In this document: in pieces, positions 37,756-47,655 of the stretch
How the letters are laid out: every line of letters starts with the position of its first letter
Position numbering within the stretch: position 1 is the stretch's first letter
From: Infirmifilum sp.
Lineage (GTDB): Archaea; Thermoproteota; Thermoprotei; Thermofilales; Thermofilaceae
Assembly (NCBI GenBank): GCA_041287245.1
Contig: JBEULP010000058.1
Span: 1-64,000, forward strand
Direction: 5' to 3'
Length of the DNA stretch: 64,000 nt
Translations under genes and position numbers: made by a program
Notes under the pieces: model-generated
What the model was told of the DNA's origin: nothing
Seen by the model: the letters and a program-made list of their open reading frames with translations, nothing else
The model's database searches: none

Positions 37756-37891
37756 TAAAATACGTACCCTTTACAGGAAAATCGCCTCTGAGCCTAATTA
37801 ACATACCGGTCTGTTTCTATCTTCCTCTTGGACTGGAGTCGGAGAGCAGGTTCAGCAGAGCTAGGGGGAAGTCACATTTATATGAGGTGAT

Positions 37892-39199
37892 GTGCTAAAT
37901 TCTCTGATGAGTGAAAGTAAAACAAGTAGAATACCAGAGTTCTATAGGAAGAGCATAGACGAGAGGCTTCGAATAGTTGCCGAGTATGCTGGTCTTACAG
38001 AGGATGAGGTCAGGCTTCTCAAGAATTTCGGTAATCTAGATCCAAAGATAGCTGACTCTATGATTGAAAACGTTATTGGTGGTATGACCTATCCTTTTGC
38101 CGTGGCGGTCAACTTTCTCATAAACGGAAAGGACTATCTTGTGCCTATGGTTATTGAGGAGGCTAGCGTCGTCGCTGCGGCAAGCAACGCTGCACGTTTC
38201 ATGCGCCGGGATGGTGGTATAAAATCGATAACGACGGGTAGCCTGATGATCGGGCAGATACAGGTTGTCGGCTTGAAGGATCCCTGGTATAAGCGGATGC
38301 TCGTGCTTGAACATAAGGATGAAATACTCCAGCGGGCTAATGAGGCGGACGCGGCTTTGGTTAGCGTCGGCGGAGGTGCCAAGGATGTGGAGGCGAGGGT
38401 GGTAGAGCACTCTACAGGCCCCATGCTGATAGTTCACCTTATTGTAGACGTTAAAGATGCGATGGGAGCCAACGCTGTGAACACTATGGCTGAAAGAGTT
38501 GCCCCACTCATAGAGAGGATAACTGGCGGGAGGGTTTTACTCAGGATAATCTCGAACCTTGCAGATAAAAGGCTTGTAAGGAGCTATGTCAAAGTCTACA
38601 AGGAAGACATCGGAGGAGAAGAAGTAGTTGATGGAATTGTTAACGCGTGGGCTTTCGCCGCCGCCGACCCATATAGGGCCGCAACTCACAACAAGGGTAT
38701 TATGAACGGCGTTATCGCCGTGGCCCTTGCAACTGCACAGGATCACAGGGCAATCGAGGCTGGTGCCCATGCCTATGCTGCTAGAAACGGAAGGTATGAG
38801 CCGCTCTCAAGATGGGAAAAAGACCCTGACGGAAACCTCGTAGGCAGCCTCGAGATGCCAATGGCTGTAGGCACGATTGGAGGGGCAACGAAGGTGCATC
38901 CTGTTGCGAAGGTGGCTCTGAAGATACTTGGAGTGAAAAGCGCCGCTGAACTCGCCGAGGTCATGGGTGCAGTGGGTCTGGCACAGAATTTTGCGGCTTT
39001 GCGGGCTCTTGCTACGGAGGGGATTCAGAAGGGTCATATGCGTCTACACGCTAGGAACCTGGCTATAATGGCTGGTGCTACAGGAGACCTAATCGACAAG
39101 GTTGTTGAGATCATGGTCACCGAGGGTAAGATAAGTTTCGCGCGTGCAAGTGAACTTGTTGCGAAGCTTTCCAAGGAGCAAGAGGCAGACAGGAAATAA
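37892..39199 (+). CDS. mvaA: class II HMG-CoA reductase
   Basis: MIENVIG, EEASVVAAAS, DAMGAN, RAATHNKGIMNG, EGIQKGHMRLH; start probably ATG at 37907. Confidence 0.93.
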   Translation: MLNSLMSESKTSRIPEFYRKSIDERLRIVAEYAGLTEDEVRLLKNFGNLDPKIADSMIENVIGGMTYPFAVAVNFLINGKDYLVPMVIEEASVVAAASNAARFMRRDGGIKSITTGSLMIGQIQVVGLKDPWYKRMLVLEHKDEILQRANEADAALVSVGGGAKDVEARVVEHSTGPMLIVHLIVDVKDAMGANAVNTMAERVAPLIERITGGRVLLRIISNLADKRLVRSYVKVYKEDIGGEEVVDGIVNAWAFAAADPYRAATHNKGIMNGVIAVALATAQDHRAIEAGAHAYAARNGRYEPLSRWEKDPDGNLVGSLEMPMAVGTIGGATKVHPVAKVALKILGVKSAAELAEVMGAVGLAQNFAALRALATEGIQKGHMRLHARNLAIMAGATGDLIDKVVEIMVTEGKISFARASELVAKLSKEQEADRK

Positions 39200-39210
39200 G
39201 CCAACTCTTT

Positions 39211-39603
39211 TTAATTATCTTCAAAATCTGTGAGAATCCTAGTTAAGCCTGCATAGTATTTGCTTAATACTTCGTCCTGCATGAGGCCTAAATTCACTTC
39301 TCTCGTTGCTAAAGTTAAAAGAACGTCCTTTTCGCCTCCAGCCTTTTCAGAGGCTTTGAGCCTTTCCTCAGCCTTCACAAGATTTAGCTTGCTCAGCTCC
39401 TTTACCGCGTCCCTCAGTTCCTTTGGTTCTATTGGAGCCGCAGAGCCAAGGTACACCCTATTTATCGCGTCGGATAGCTCTGAGAGCCAGAGTGACCCGC
39501 CGAAAGCTACAAGCGCTCTAAGAATGTCAAGCATTAGAGCTGAGCGTGGATCTTTACGCTCTCTAAGGTTTTTTATTGTTGAAGCCACATAGCCTATATG
39601 CAT
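39211..39603 (-). CDS. hypothetical protein, possibly winged helix
   Basis: GGSLWLSEL..AVKELSKLNLV pattern. Confidence 0.55.
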   Translation of the reverse strand: MHIGYVASTIKNLRERKDPRSALMLDILRALVAFGGSLWLSELSDAINRVYLGSAAPIEPKELRDAVKELSKLNLVKAEERLKASEKAGGEKDVLLTLATREVNLGLMQDEVLSKYYAGLTRILTDFEDN

Positions 39604-39619
39604 TAACTTCTAATAAAGA

Positions 39620-40273
39620 TTGAGTCTAATACCTTACGTGTTTACGCGAAGCTTGGGTGAGAAGGCCTCTAGACTCTGGCTGCTTGTCTTCCTAGTTTAC
39701 CTTGCCATGCTTAACATAAACCAGATAGTTAACGCGTATACTCTTTTGCTTGTATTTACTGCCATAGCTGTGATCCCAGGGTTGCGGGAGCCTCCTAATC
39801 TAGGGTGTATGGAGGGCTTCGCACTCTTCCTATTGGGTCTCTCAGGTCACTTACCTCTCATACGTTTTTTCATTTTGAATGCCCCTCCCATACAAGCCTA
39901 CGTCTTTTCGTTATTGTCGGCTGTTATCGAGGAATTGTTTTTCCGGGGGTTTCTGCTCCCGAGACTAGGACTCCCTGTTCAGGCACTAGTTTTTATGTAC
40001 TCACACCTCAACTTTACCGACCCAGTGTTTCTAATCAACACGGCGCTCCTAGCTCCTCATTACTTTTTTCTCGGAATCATAACTGGGAAAATCGCTGCGA
40101 AGTGGGGGTTTGAGGGTTCCTCCATCTTTCACGCTTCATATAACATTGTAGCAATAAGCTATAGCTTGGGTTTTGACCTGAAAAGCGTGATTTGGCTTCT
40201 TCTCTCGGACCTTATACTCCTGTTGATTTTATGGTTATTATTTGAATTTTTACTTCTTAAAATAAGTGTTTGA
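39620..40273 (+). CDS. CPBP/Abi (CAAX protease) family intramembrane protease
   Basis: EELFFRG, FMYSH, HASYN. Confidence 0.85.
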   Translation: MSLIPYVFTRSLGEKASRLWLLVFLVYLAMLNINQIVNAYTLLLVFTAIAVIPGLREPPNLGCMEGFALFLLGLSGHLPLIRFFILNAPPIQAYVFSLLSAVIEELFFRGFLLPRLGLPVQALVFMYSHLNFTDPVFLINTALLAPHYFFLGIITGKIAAKWGFEGSSIFHASYNIVAISYSLGFDLKSVIWLLLSDLILLLILWLLFEFLLLKISV

Positions 40274-40333
40274 CAAAAAAGAATCCCTCAAATAAAATTA
40301 ATAAAATTAGAGGGGGTTTCCCCGGGGGTTTGC

Positions 40334-40870
40334 ATGCATAGAACACAGAAATTAGCAATTACAGCACTCATGGCTTCCCTAGCACTAGCCTTCTCGGTCT
40401 TAAAGCTGGAAGCCCCCTATCCAATGCTACCTTATTTGAAGTTCGACCTTGCAGAGATACCTGTTACGACGCTCTACTTTCTCTGTGGAATTAGCTGGAG
40501 CCTCGTAGCCGAGACCTTACACTTTGTCGGCTTACTTGCAAGGGGGGCTGACCCTCTTGGAGCCATGATGAAGTATCTGGCTGTGGTCTCTATGCTAGTA
40601 GGCACGTGGCTCACTGGAAAAGTGCTCCGAAAGAATATCATTGCGCAGGCGACGGGGGGCGCGATGCTGAGAATATTCGTAATGTTAGCTGCAAACTGGG
40701 CTTATTTCTCTTTTCTATACCCTAACCTGTTGAGCTATGCTGTCAAGCAGGCTGGGGGTGTTTTCCTGCTCTACCTCTACACCTCGTTATTCAACCTGAT
40801 ACATGCAGGGATCAGCTTAGGAATATCTTGGATCTTGTATGCTGAGATCAATAAGAGAATAAAACTTTAG
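40334..40870 (+). CDS. ECF transporter S component
   Basis: ALMASLALAFS, PYLKFDLAEIP, FNLIH; six TM segments. Confidence 0.8.
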   Translation: MHRTQKLAITALMASLALAFSVLKLEAPYPMLPYLKFDLAEIPVTTLYFLCGISWSLVAETLHFVGLLARGADPLGAMMKYLAVVSMLVGTWLTGKVLRKNIIAQATGGAMLRIFVMLAANWAYFSFLYPNLLSYAVKQAGGVFLLYLYTSLFNLIHAGISLGISWILYAEINKRIKL

Positions 40871-40898
40871 CTTTTTAATTGAGCAAGTGGTTTGTTAG

Positions 40899-41780
40899 AT
40901 GGATGCTGAGATGACACGTAAGGTGATAGACACCAAGGTGGTTATTTCTAGCCTCGCAACAATTACGGTTATCCTTGTCCTTTCAGCATACTTCGGGACT
41001 TTGCTTTCCGCCAAGGACTTGTCCTACATAGGGGTTCCTTTCTCCACTGAAAACAATTTAGAGTCAGCGATTATAAATGGTGCAGTATTCCTAGGACTCG
41101 TACTACTCGGAACCTTGCTAATGTTTCTTATTATAAAAGCGCGGCGGGCTCCCATGCTACCTTTAGTCATGGCTGGCGCTGTCTTGTTTTCGTTCTGGGG
41201 CATACTTGAAGTATTCTTAGACCTTGTCCTTCAAATCCCTCCCGAGTACTACCCCCTCTGCGAGGTGCTAATAGTAGGTATAGCCTTGGCGACATCCGTT
41301 CTAATTCTTAAACCCTTCAGCATCGTGCTTCTTGACGCCCTTCTAATACTCTATGGCTCGATGGCAGGGGCCCTCTTCTACGCTGTTCTACCGCCCTGGA
41401 GTGTAGCAACAGTCGCGGCGCTTCTAGCTACGTACGACCTTTACTCGGTCTTCAAAGGGCCCCTTCGACGTATTCTTGAGAGTACGGTCGGTGAGGGGGA
41501 GGGATCCTCGCGGCTGCCGAGTAATCTTAGAGGGGCCGTGGTTTATATAGGGGGCCTTGCACTCGGTATGGGCGACGTGCTCATATACTCGATGCTCTCC
41601 CCTCTCTATCTTCTATACCCGAAACCTTCTGTTCTCCGGTGGGCTATTGTATCCTTTTCACTCTTGATTGGCTTTCAACTAACTCTACAGCTACTTAAGA
41701 AGCGGCGCTTCATGCCTGCTCTTCCATTGCCTGTCACGCTGTCTCTACTTGTGTATCTTTTGAGCCTTAGGCTTCTCTAG
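40899..41780 (+). CDS. presenilin/SPP-family intramembrane aspartyl protease
   Basis: TYDLYSV, LGMGD, MPALP motifs. Confidence 0.88.
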   Translation: MDAEMTRKVIDTKVVISSLATITVILVLSAYFGTLLSAKDLSYIGVPFSTENNLESAIINGAVFLGLVLLGTLLMFLIIKARRAPMLPLVMAGAVLFSFWGILEVFLDLVLQIPPEYYPLCEVLIVGIALATSVLILKPFSIVLLDALLILYGSMAGALFYAVLPPWSVATVAALLATYDLYSVFKGPLRRILESTVGEGEGSSRLPSNLRGAVVYIGGLALGMGDVLIYSMLSPLYLLYPKPSVLRWAIVSFSLLIGFQLTLQLLKKRRFMPALPLPVTLSLLVYLLSLRLL

Positions 41781-41863
41781 TTAGCGAGGAAGAGAAAGTT
41801 CGAGTTGCTCTGGATCTACTCTCCTATCGAAGGGTCGAGTAAAAATAGAAGGAGAGAAAAGGC

Positions 41864-41923
41864 GGGGTCAGGACGCCCGTTGAAGCTCATCTTTTCTCAT
41901 ACACCAACGCGGTCCTCATCCCC
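41864..41923 (-). ncRNA. C/D-box guide sRNA candidate
   Basis: Minus strand GGGGATGA-GGACCGCGTTGGTGT-ATGA-GAA-AAGATGA-GCTTCAACGGGCGTC-CTGA-CCCC. Confidence 0.7.
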
Positions 41924-41931
41924 TAGAAGTC

Positions 41932-42201
41932 TTACCTTGAGGATGTTATTAAAGTTGAGGTCTTCGTTACGCCGTTCATTTTCCTTATGGTTGAGACTGT
42001 TTTTTCGAGAAGTTCAAGCGCGGGCAGGTTGAGCTTTACAATAATATCATACTCGCCGTATACGATGTAGGCTTCCTCCACGAACTCCATTGAACGTATT
42101 GTGCTTAGAACCTCGTCTTCCTTGCCCACTTGGGTATTGACAAGTATATAAACAGTTATCTTCTCACTCATTTTAGATTCACCAATATTTTTCTCTATCA
42201 T
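41932..42201 (-). CDS. Lrp/AsnC ligand-binding (RAM) domain protein
   Basis: VYILVNT..EAYIVYGEYDIIVK..GVTKTSTLI. Confidence 0.88.
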   Translation of the reverse strand: MIEKNIGESKMSEKITVYILVNTQVGKEDEVLSTIRSMEFVEEAYIVYGEYDIIVKLNLPALELLEKTVSTIRKMNGVTKTSTLITSSR

Positions 42202-42213
42202 CTTATAAAAAGT

Positions 42214-42732
42214 TTATTGGCTTGCTAAAAACTGTCTCCTGAAGTCCACCTCGCTAAACACCAGCGCAACAACCACGCTACCATAGTAGCCCTCAGGCAC
42301 CTCAAGCTCTTCCGTGAGATATCGGGGCTGCTCTATTTCCAGGTTTTTCTCCTGTCGTATTTCTTCCCACATTGCCTCTAGACTTGAGTGGGTATGCGAG
42401 TTGCTAGAGCCGGTGTGGAATTCCACCACATAGCCGTGAGGCTTACCGTGGGCCCAAGAGATCCCTGTGCTTATCTTTGCGGGTCCCTGCACTCTTCTCT
42501 CGCTCATAACTACGAATACAACAGAGCCTGGAGGTAGAGGGTGGGGCTTCTCTTCTTGGATCCCAGGTGGGAGAATCGAGGAGACTGCGACGAGGTTTAC
42601 GTTGTGTATACCCGCGTTTCTGAGCGCGTTGTTGAATGCCATGAGCGGCGATACTCTGCTGAGACCCTTTCCTTTTACAACGAAATATTTTGTTGGAACT
42701 ATCATATTCCTTGGACTCTTTTGTGGCTGCAT
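42214..42732 (-). CDS. pdaD: pyruvoyl-dependent arginine decarboxylase
   Basis: AFNNALRNAGI, NLVAVSSILPP (S-S cleavage site). Confidence 0.88.
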   Translation of the reverse strand: MQPQKSPRNMIVPTKYFVVKGKGLSRVSPLMAFNNALRNAGIHNVNLVAVSSILPPGIQEEKPHPLPPGSVVFVVMSERRVQGPAKISTGISWAHGKPHGYVVEFHTGSSNSHTHSSLEAMWEEIRQEKNLEIEQPRYLTEELEVPEGYYGSVVVALVFSEVDFRRQFLASQ

Positions 42733-43334
42733 TCTAGGATAAAAAGTTTTTCAAAAAGTGAGACCCCCCGTGTCCCTACAACCCCAACCTGTTGGAAAAG
42801 CTCCATAAGGGTCGTTGTTAGCCTGCCAACATCTGATAGAGACGAAGCTACCAGTAATACCCGGCCCTCCCCCTTCAAAACACTCACAGTTTGACTGATA
42901 AGTCTCAAAGTAAACTCGATACCAGTGGGCCCGCCGCACCATAATGGCTCTTCCTCATACATACAGGGTAGATAGGGGGGATTAGAGACCACCAGCTTAT
43001 AACCCTCTGGCCTAAACGGAGATGCAATATCAGTCACAACGAGATCCACGTTCCAAATGTTCTCCTGACGAAGTTTCTCCTTTATATGGTGGATAGCAGC
43101 CAATGAAATATCAGTTCCTACAACATAAGAGATTTTTTTCGAAAGTATTCGCGTAAGATAGCCATTGCCAACACCAATCTCGAGCGCTGTGTCTTCAGAG
43201 TCGAGGGCTTCAAGGTAGTCCGCAAGTAGGAAAGTATCTTCGGATGGAGGGTATATTTCACCATCGTCGAAAGAAGCATCTCCTACAGGCCTAGAAGCTT
43301 CCTCGCCTCGGGGTTCATTCTGTCCGGGGTCCAT
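42702..43334 (-). CDS. HemK2/MTQ2-family methyltransferase
   Basis: IYPPSEDTFLL, EIGVGNG, SNPPYLP; start uncertain. Confidence 0.88.
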   Translation of the reverse strand: MDPGQNEPRGEEASRPVGDASFDDGEIYPPSEDTFLLADYLEALDSEDTALEIGVGNGYLTRILSKKISYVVGTDISLAAIHHIKEKLRQENIWNVDLVVTDIASPFRPEGYKLVVSNPPYLPCMYEEEPLWCGGPTGIEFTLRLISQTVSVLKGEGRVLLVASSLSDVGRLTTTLMELFQQVGVVGTRGVSLFEKLFILECSHKRVQGI

Positions 43335-43588
43335 GGGGGGTCAAACACCAACTCTACTTCGACGTCTTCTACTTCAGGTATTTTTTCCTTTACAGTATCC
43401 CTAACCATGTCAACGAGAAAATACGACAGTGGGCAGCCGACTGCGGTAAGGGTCATTCGAATCTTCACCTTTTTACCCTCGATTTCAACACCATAAATTA
43501 GACCTAGGTCTACAACGTTGAACGGGATTTCAGGGTCGTATACGTCCTTCAATGCTTCAATCACCGCTTCCTTAGTTATCGTACTCAT
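43283..43588 (-). CDS. DUF59/SufT-like Fe-S assembly protein
   Basis: VYDPEI, VVDLGLIY, TLTAVGCP, FDPPW. Confidence 0.9.
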   Translation of the reverse strand: MSTITKEAVIEALKDVYDPEIPFNVVDLGLIYGVEIEGKKVKIRMTLTAVGCPLSYFLVDMVRDTVKEKIPEVEDVEVELVFDPPWTPDRMNPEARKLLGL

Positions 43589-44301
43589 TAGTATTCCCCT
43601 GTCATATCCGAGTCTTTATTAATAGGCTTTTCGTTCGAAGAAAGATTTTTCGCAGATACGTATATGGTGTCTAAAACAGCCATTATCTTTTGTATCTTTT
43701 TAGAACCAAGCCCTGGGATCCTGCGAAGTTCGCTAGCCGTAGCGGTGAAAAACTTCCGTGGTGTTTTAAACTCCGCTAAGATCCTTTCCGCCAACTCATA
43801 GCTTATTCCAGGTAAGGTTGCAACGAGGTTTAGCTGAGCCACAGGTATACTTGTATTCGACTTTATAACCTTAATTTTCACCGGAGGAGCGTAACGGCTC
43901 GGCTTTTTCTCAGTACGACGAGAGGTGATATAAATGAAAAGCGCCGTTTCTCGGGGGCCTCCCGTATTGACAACTGAGATGTTGTTCTCAGCCAGTGCTA
44001 GGATCGCCCCATATGCTTGGTTTAGAGATACCTCACGATACCTAGTTGCGTTTGAGAGGTCGCCTTCTATTATAACGACCGGCACGGCGTATACTTGTTT
44101 CAGATAGCGGGACTGTTCGAATAACCTCTTATCAAGTATCGAGTTTAGGAAATCATCAGGCGTCTTTCTCTCGATCCCATAAATGCCAGAAACGTCATAG
44201 TCGGCAACTTCAAGTCTTTTAAACTCGAATTTCACCCCCAGCCTGGCAAGCTCGGGTATAACTGGGGACTTCTTCTCTCTGTCGTCTATAATCACAGTCA
44301 C
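43588..44301 (-). CDS. xpf: short crenarchaeal-type XPF/ERCC4 endonuclease
   Basis: IIDDRE, ADY, IERKT..D, two HhH motifs. Confidence 0.9.
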   Translation of the reverse strand: MTVIIDDREKKSPVIPELARLGVKFEFKRLEVADYDVSGIYGIERKTPDDFLNSILDKRLFEQSRYLKQVYAVPVVIIEGDLSNATRYREVSLNQAYGAILALAENNISVVNTGGPRETALFIYITSRRTEKKPSRYAPPVKIKVIKSNTSIPVAQLNLVATLPGISYELAERILAEFKTPRKFFTATASELRRIPGLGSKKIQKIMAVLDTIYVSAKNLSSNEKPINKDSDMTGEY

Positions 44302-44451
44302 AACTACTTCAATATCTTCTAGGATTTATTTTTGGTGTAGATGTGTTCAGATCTAGAAAGGGTTCTGGGCCATGCGTGCGTGCCCGCTACACATAGCCCT
44401 TGGGGTTCATCTGCTTGAAAGCCCCTCAATCGCGCGCCCACACCACAAGAA

Positions 44452-44524
44452 AGGAGCATAGGGACAGGCTCTACGAGCTTATAACAGAGCTACATCTCCT
44501 AGCAGCCAAACCATAACAATAAAA
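44452..44524 (+). repeat. dispersed 73-bp repeat, copy 2
   Basis: Homologous to 36900-36972. Confidence 0.8.
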
Positions 44525-44535
44525 ATATTTTTTTC

Positions 44536-46443
44536 TCACTCGATTTTTTGCACTCGACGCGCGCGACGGCGTGTTTTACGAGATCTATTAGCACTCTTCT
44601 TCCTTGCGTCTTCGCCTGAAGCTGCCGAATAAACCTCAGCTATGACTGGTACGAGTTTCTCAGAGACATAGTCGATTCTCGCCGAGAGATTTTCATAAAA
44701 TTCGAGGAAGGACTCCTTTATCTCAGCTACTACTTCTCCCGGCTCTCGCTCTCCACTGGCTATTTTTGCAAGTTGCGACTCCATGTTTCCCCGAATCTCC
44801 GGCAAGACAAGCCGCGGCTCTACCTCTAGAAGAGACAGGATAAGCGTTTTACCTAGAGGCGTCGGGATACATCTCTTATCACGAATAGTGAAATATTTCC
44901 TCTCGATATTCGTGTGGATATGGTCTTGCATAGTAGCATCGGTGCCAATGCCATACCTTTTCATTAGTGAGAGGAGCTCGCTCTCGCTTAGGTAGGGCGG
45001 GGGCTGGGTGGTCCTTTCTTCCAGCTTAACATTTTTCACTGCTAGCTCATCTCCCTCTACTAGGTATGGTAGGGGTTTTTCCTCTGGCCTGGCGTAATAA
45101 TAAACATGGTAAAACCCGGGGTAGACTATACGCTTTCCCTCAGCGGATAGCTCAACACCCCCTAGTTTTACCTTGATCCTCTGCCGTTCTACCTGCGCCT
45201 TCTCGCTTATAGTTGCGAGAAAGTGTCGGGCGACTAACTCGTAGACCTTCCAGGCTTTGGGGCCCATAGACCTCTCAATCTGGGCGCGCGGGGCTGATCT
45301 AGTCGGGTGGATAGGCGGGTGTGCCTTGTCGTCTTCTCTACCCCGCGTGGGGGTAAAGCCGGCGGCTAAGATTTTAGATACATACCAGCCGATGTCCTCC
45401 CAGCTTGTAAACATGGATGCTAGGGATTTAAGATTGAGAGTAGGAGGGTAGATCGTCGTCTCCGTCCTAGGGTAGGATATATAGCCATACTGGTATAACC
45501 TCTCAGCTATGGCTAACGCCTCCTTCGGCCTTATGTTTAGAAAAGCTGAGGCGCGGCTCTCAAAGTCAACCGTGTTTAGAGGAATAGGTGGATGAACGTC
45601 TATGATCTCAGCCTCTGCCGACGTAACTGTGGCACGCTGCATTCCTTTCAGGGTGTTGTAGAGGTAAACAGCCTTCTCTTTATCCTCCCCGAGATTAATG
45701 GAGGCTGAAAAGACGTGCCCGTCGGCTTCAAGCTCGGCTGTTAAAACGTAGTATTTCTTCTTCTTAAACTGTTCACGTTCAAGGTCTCGTTTAACGACTA
45801 AATAGAGAACTGGAGTCTGGCACGGACCGTAACTAAGGAAACTTCCGAGGGGCAGGGCTGACTTACGTTTTTGGACTGCAAGGGTCAGGAGGCGTGTGAA
45901 GGATGCGCCTATGGTTAGATCAACTACCATCCGCGCAAATACTTTCTTAGCCCAAAGCTCGTTTGGCTCGCGAAGTTGTTTAAAGGCGCTAATAATATCG
46001 CTTCTCGTAACAGCGGAGAACCATGCGCGCTTAAACTCTAATGAAGCGTTTACCTGACTCATAATCTTTATAACTTCGAAGGCTATGCCTTCCCCCTCGA
46101 CGTCCGCGTCTAGAGCCAGAATAACAGTAGACGTTTGTGTTGCAAGGGACTGCAAAGCCTTTACGTATTTATAGGCGCCTTCGCGAGTAACCTGTATAGG
46201 GTTTATGTAGAATAACTGCTTCGGATCGGTAGAGTCCCACTTGTTGTATTCTCGGGGAAAATCGTAGTCTAAGATGTGCCCGATGAGGCCTATCGACAAG
46301 TACGTATCGCCGCTGTGTTTGAATACGAAGCTCTTAACACCGTTCACATAAACGGTTCTATAGCCACCCTCAGCGAGATAACGTGCAAAGGCAAGCGCCA
46401 CTGCAGGCTTCTCAGCCACGATAACGGCCTTGTACATTAGCAC
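44536..46443 (-). CDS. topA: type IA DNA topoisomerase (archaeal TopA/Top3)
   Basis: AEKP, DADVEGE, ISYPRT, AHPPIHPT, GIGTDAT. Confidence 0.95.
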   Translation of the reverse strand: MLMYKAVIVAEKPAVALAFARYLAEGGYRTVYVNGVKSFVFKHSGDTYLSIGLIGHILDYDFPREYNKWDSTDPKQLFYINPIQVTREGAYKYVKALQSLATQTSTVILALDADVEGEGIAFEVIKIMSQVNASLEFKRAWFSAVTRSDIISAFKQLREPNELWAKKVFARMVVDLTIGASFTRLLTLAVQKRKSALPLGSFLSYGPCQTPVLYLVVKRDLEREQFKKKKYYVLTAELEADGHVFSASINLGEDKEKAVYLYNTLKGMQRATVTSAEAEIIDVHPPIPLNTVDFESRASAFLNIRPKEALAIAERLYQYGYISYPRTETTIYPPTLNLKSLASMFTSWEDIGWYVSKILAAGFTPTRGREDDKAHPPIHPTRSAPRAQIERSMGPKAWKVYELVARHFLATISEKAQVERQRIKVKLGGVELSAEGKRIVYPGFYHVYYYARPEEKPLPYLVEGDELAVKNVKLEERTTQPPPYLSESELLSLMKRYGIGTDATMQDHIHTNIERKYFTIRDKRCIPTPLGKTLILSLLEVEPRLVLPEIRGNMESQLAKIASGEREPGEVVAEIKESFLEFYENLSARIDYVSEKLVPVIAEVYSAASGEDARKKSANRSRKTRRRARRVQKIE

Positions 46444-47582
46444 TACTTCCTCTTCTTCTCCTCAGCCCTATGTAGCTCAGCATGTCTTCCCCGAACCCCT
46501 ATTCCCAGGATGCGCTTCAACGCATCATCTAAGAATCGCACGTAGGCTCCCTCCTTCCCTACAAAAGCCCCGTACTCCTCAGGATTCACGTAGACTTCAA
46601 GCTCGCCGCCAGCCAGCTCCACTTTAACGATGTGCTTGTGAATCCAGCCAACCGGATGTATGGCCCTGATGATTTCTGAAAGGTCATTTGTCAGCTCTAT
46701 ACCTCGGATTTGAGCACCTGCCTCCTCCTGCGCTTTGTTTATCCTCTCTCCTCTCTTACCTATAAGCCTGCTTAGGGAGTTCTCCTTCACGATAACTAAT
46801 ACATCAGGGGAGGTTTTAGCTCCATACTTGTCCTTAAGGTCGCGAAGCCATATAACACTAATTATATCCGCATCGGGAGCATGTGAGAGCAATACCCCCC
46901 TGACCTTCTTCTCCTCCTCGGTGAGCGTTCGCCTCCTGAGCCTCGTCTCGAGCGCCAACCTGAAGCCTCTCTTTGACCCTGTCCTAACTATGTCCTCAAC
47001 GCCAAAATCTATGACTAGTGATTTCTCTTCTCCGAGTAACAGCTCTCTAGCTATGATGGCTGTATTACGCTCATTCCCAGATAGGATCTGTAAAACGGGA
47101 TCCCCGGCTATCACAAGTTTCGAGTTTGAGCCTATCCTTATCAGCGCCTCTGGAAGAATTAAGGGGTCTAAAAACTGCACATCGTCTAAAAACACAAGCG
47201 TGTTGTCGAATGTTCTTCCGGTGAGAAAACCGGGATCTATGAAAACTAGCTTCCCCTCCGACATGAGGTCTTTTATTGTTTTCTCCTCAATATATCCTGT
47301 GGCTATGTCGTAGAGATAAGCAGATGCCAGTTCATAGTAGAGTTTTCCAAGCTCCACAGAGTTAAACACGCGGGACTGCAACAGGCTTACCAGCGGACGT
47401 GCAACGACCATACGCTGATACTTCTGCTCTAGTATCGCCTTCACCCCATAAAGAATTACGACAAAACTTTTACCCGTACCGCTAGGCCCAAAGACTCCTA
47501 TAAGGTCGATTTCCTTGTTATCCAGAGTATTGTAAAGTAGCTTCTGCTTCTGAGTTGCAGGCTGAAATTCCTTTATAGACAT
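46443..47582 (-). CDS. PhoH-family ATPase fused to KH domains
   Basis: GPSGTGKS, VARP, GRTF, DDVQ, AGDPVLQ, DIVR; LIGKRG and FVGKEG KH GxxG loops; start at ATG 47582. Confidence 0.85.
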   Translation of the reverse strand: MSIKEFQPATQKQKLLYNTLDNKEIDLIGVFGPSGTGKSFVVILYGVKAILEQKYQRMVVARPLVSLLQSRVFNSVELGKLYYELASAYLYDIATGYIEEKTIKDLMSEGKLVFIDPGFLTGRTFDNTLVFLDDVQFLDPLILPEALIRIGSNSKLVIAGDPVLQILSGNERNTAIIARELLLGEEKSLVIDFGVEDIVRTGSKRGFRLALETRLRRRTLTEEEKKVRGVLLSHAPDADIISVIWLRDLKDKYGAKTSPDVLVIVKENSLSRLIGKRGERINKAQEEAGAQIRGIELTNDLSEIIRAIHPVGWIHKHIVKVELAGGELEVYVNPEEYGAFVGKEGAYVRFLDDALKRILGIGVRGRHAELHRAEEKKRK

Positions 47583-47655
47583 ATCATACTCCCCGTGGAT
47601 AATTAGATGAAAATATAAATTAATTCTCTCTAATGTGTTTTTAAGAGTGAGGTAA

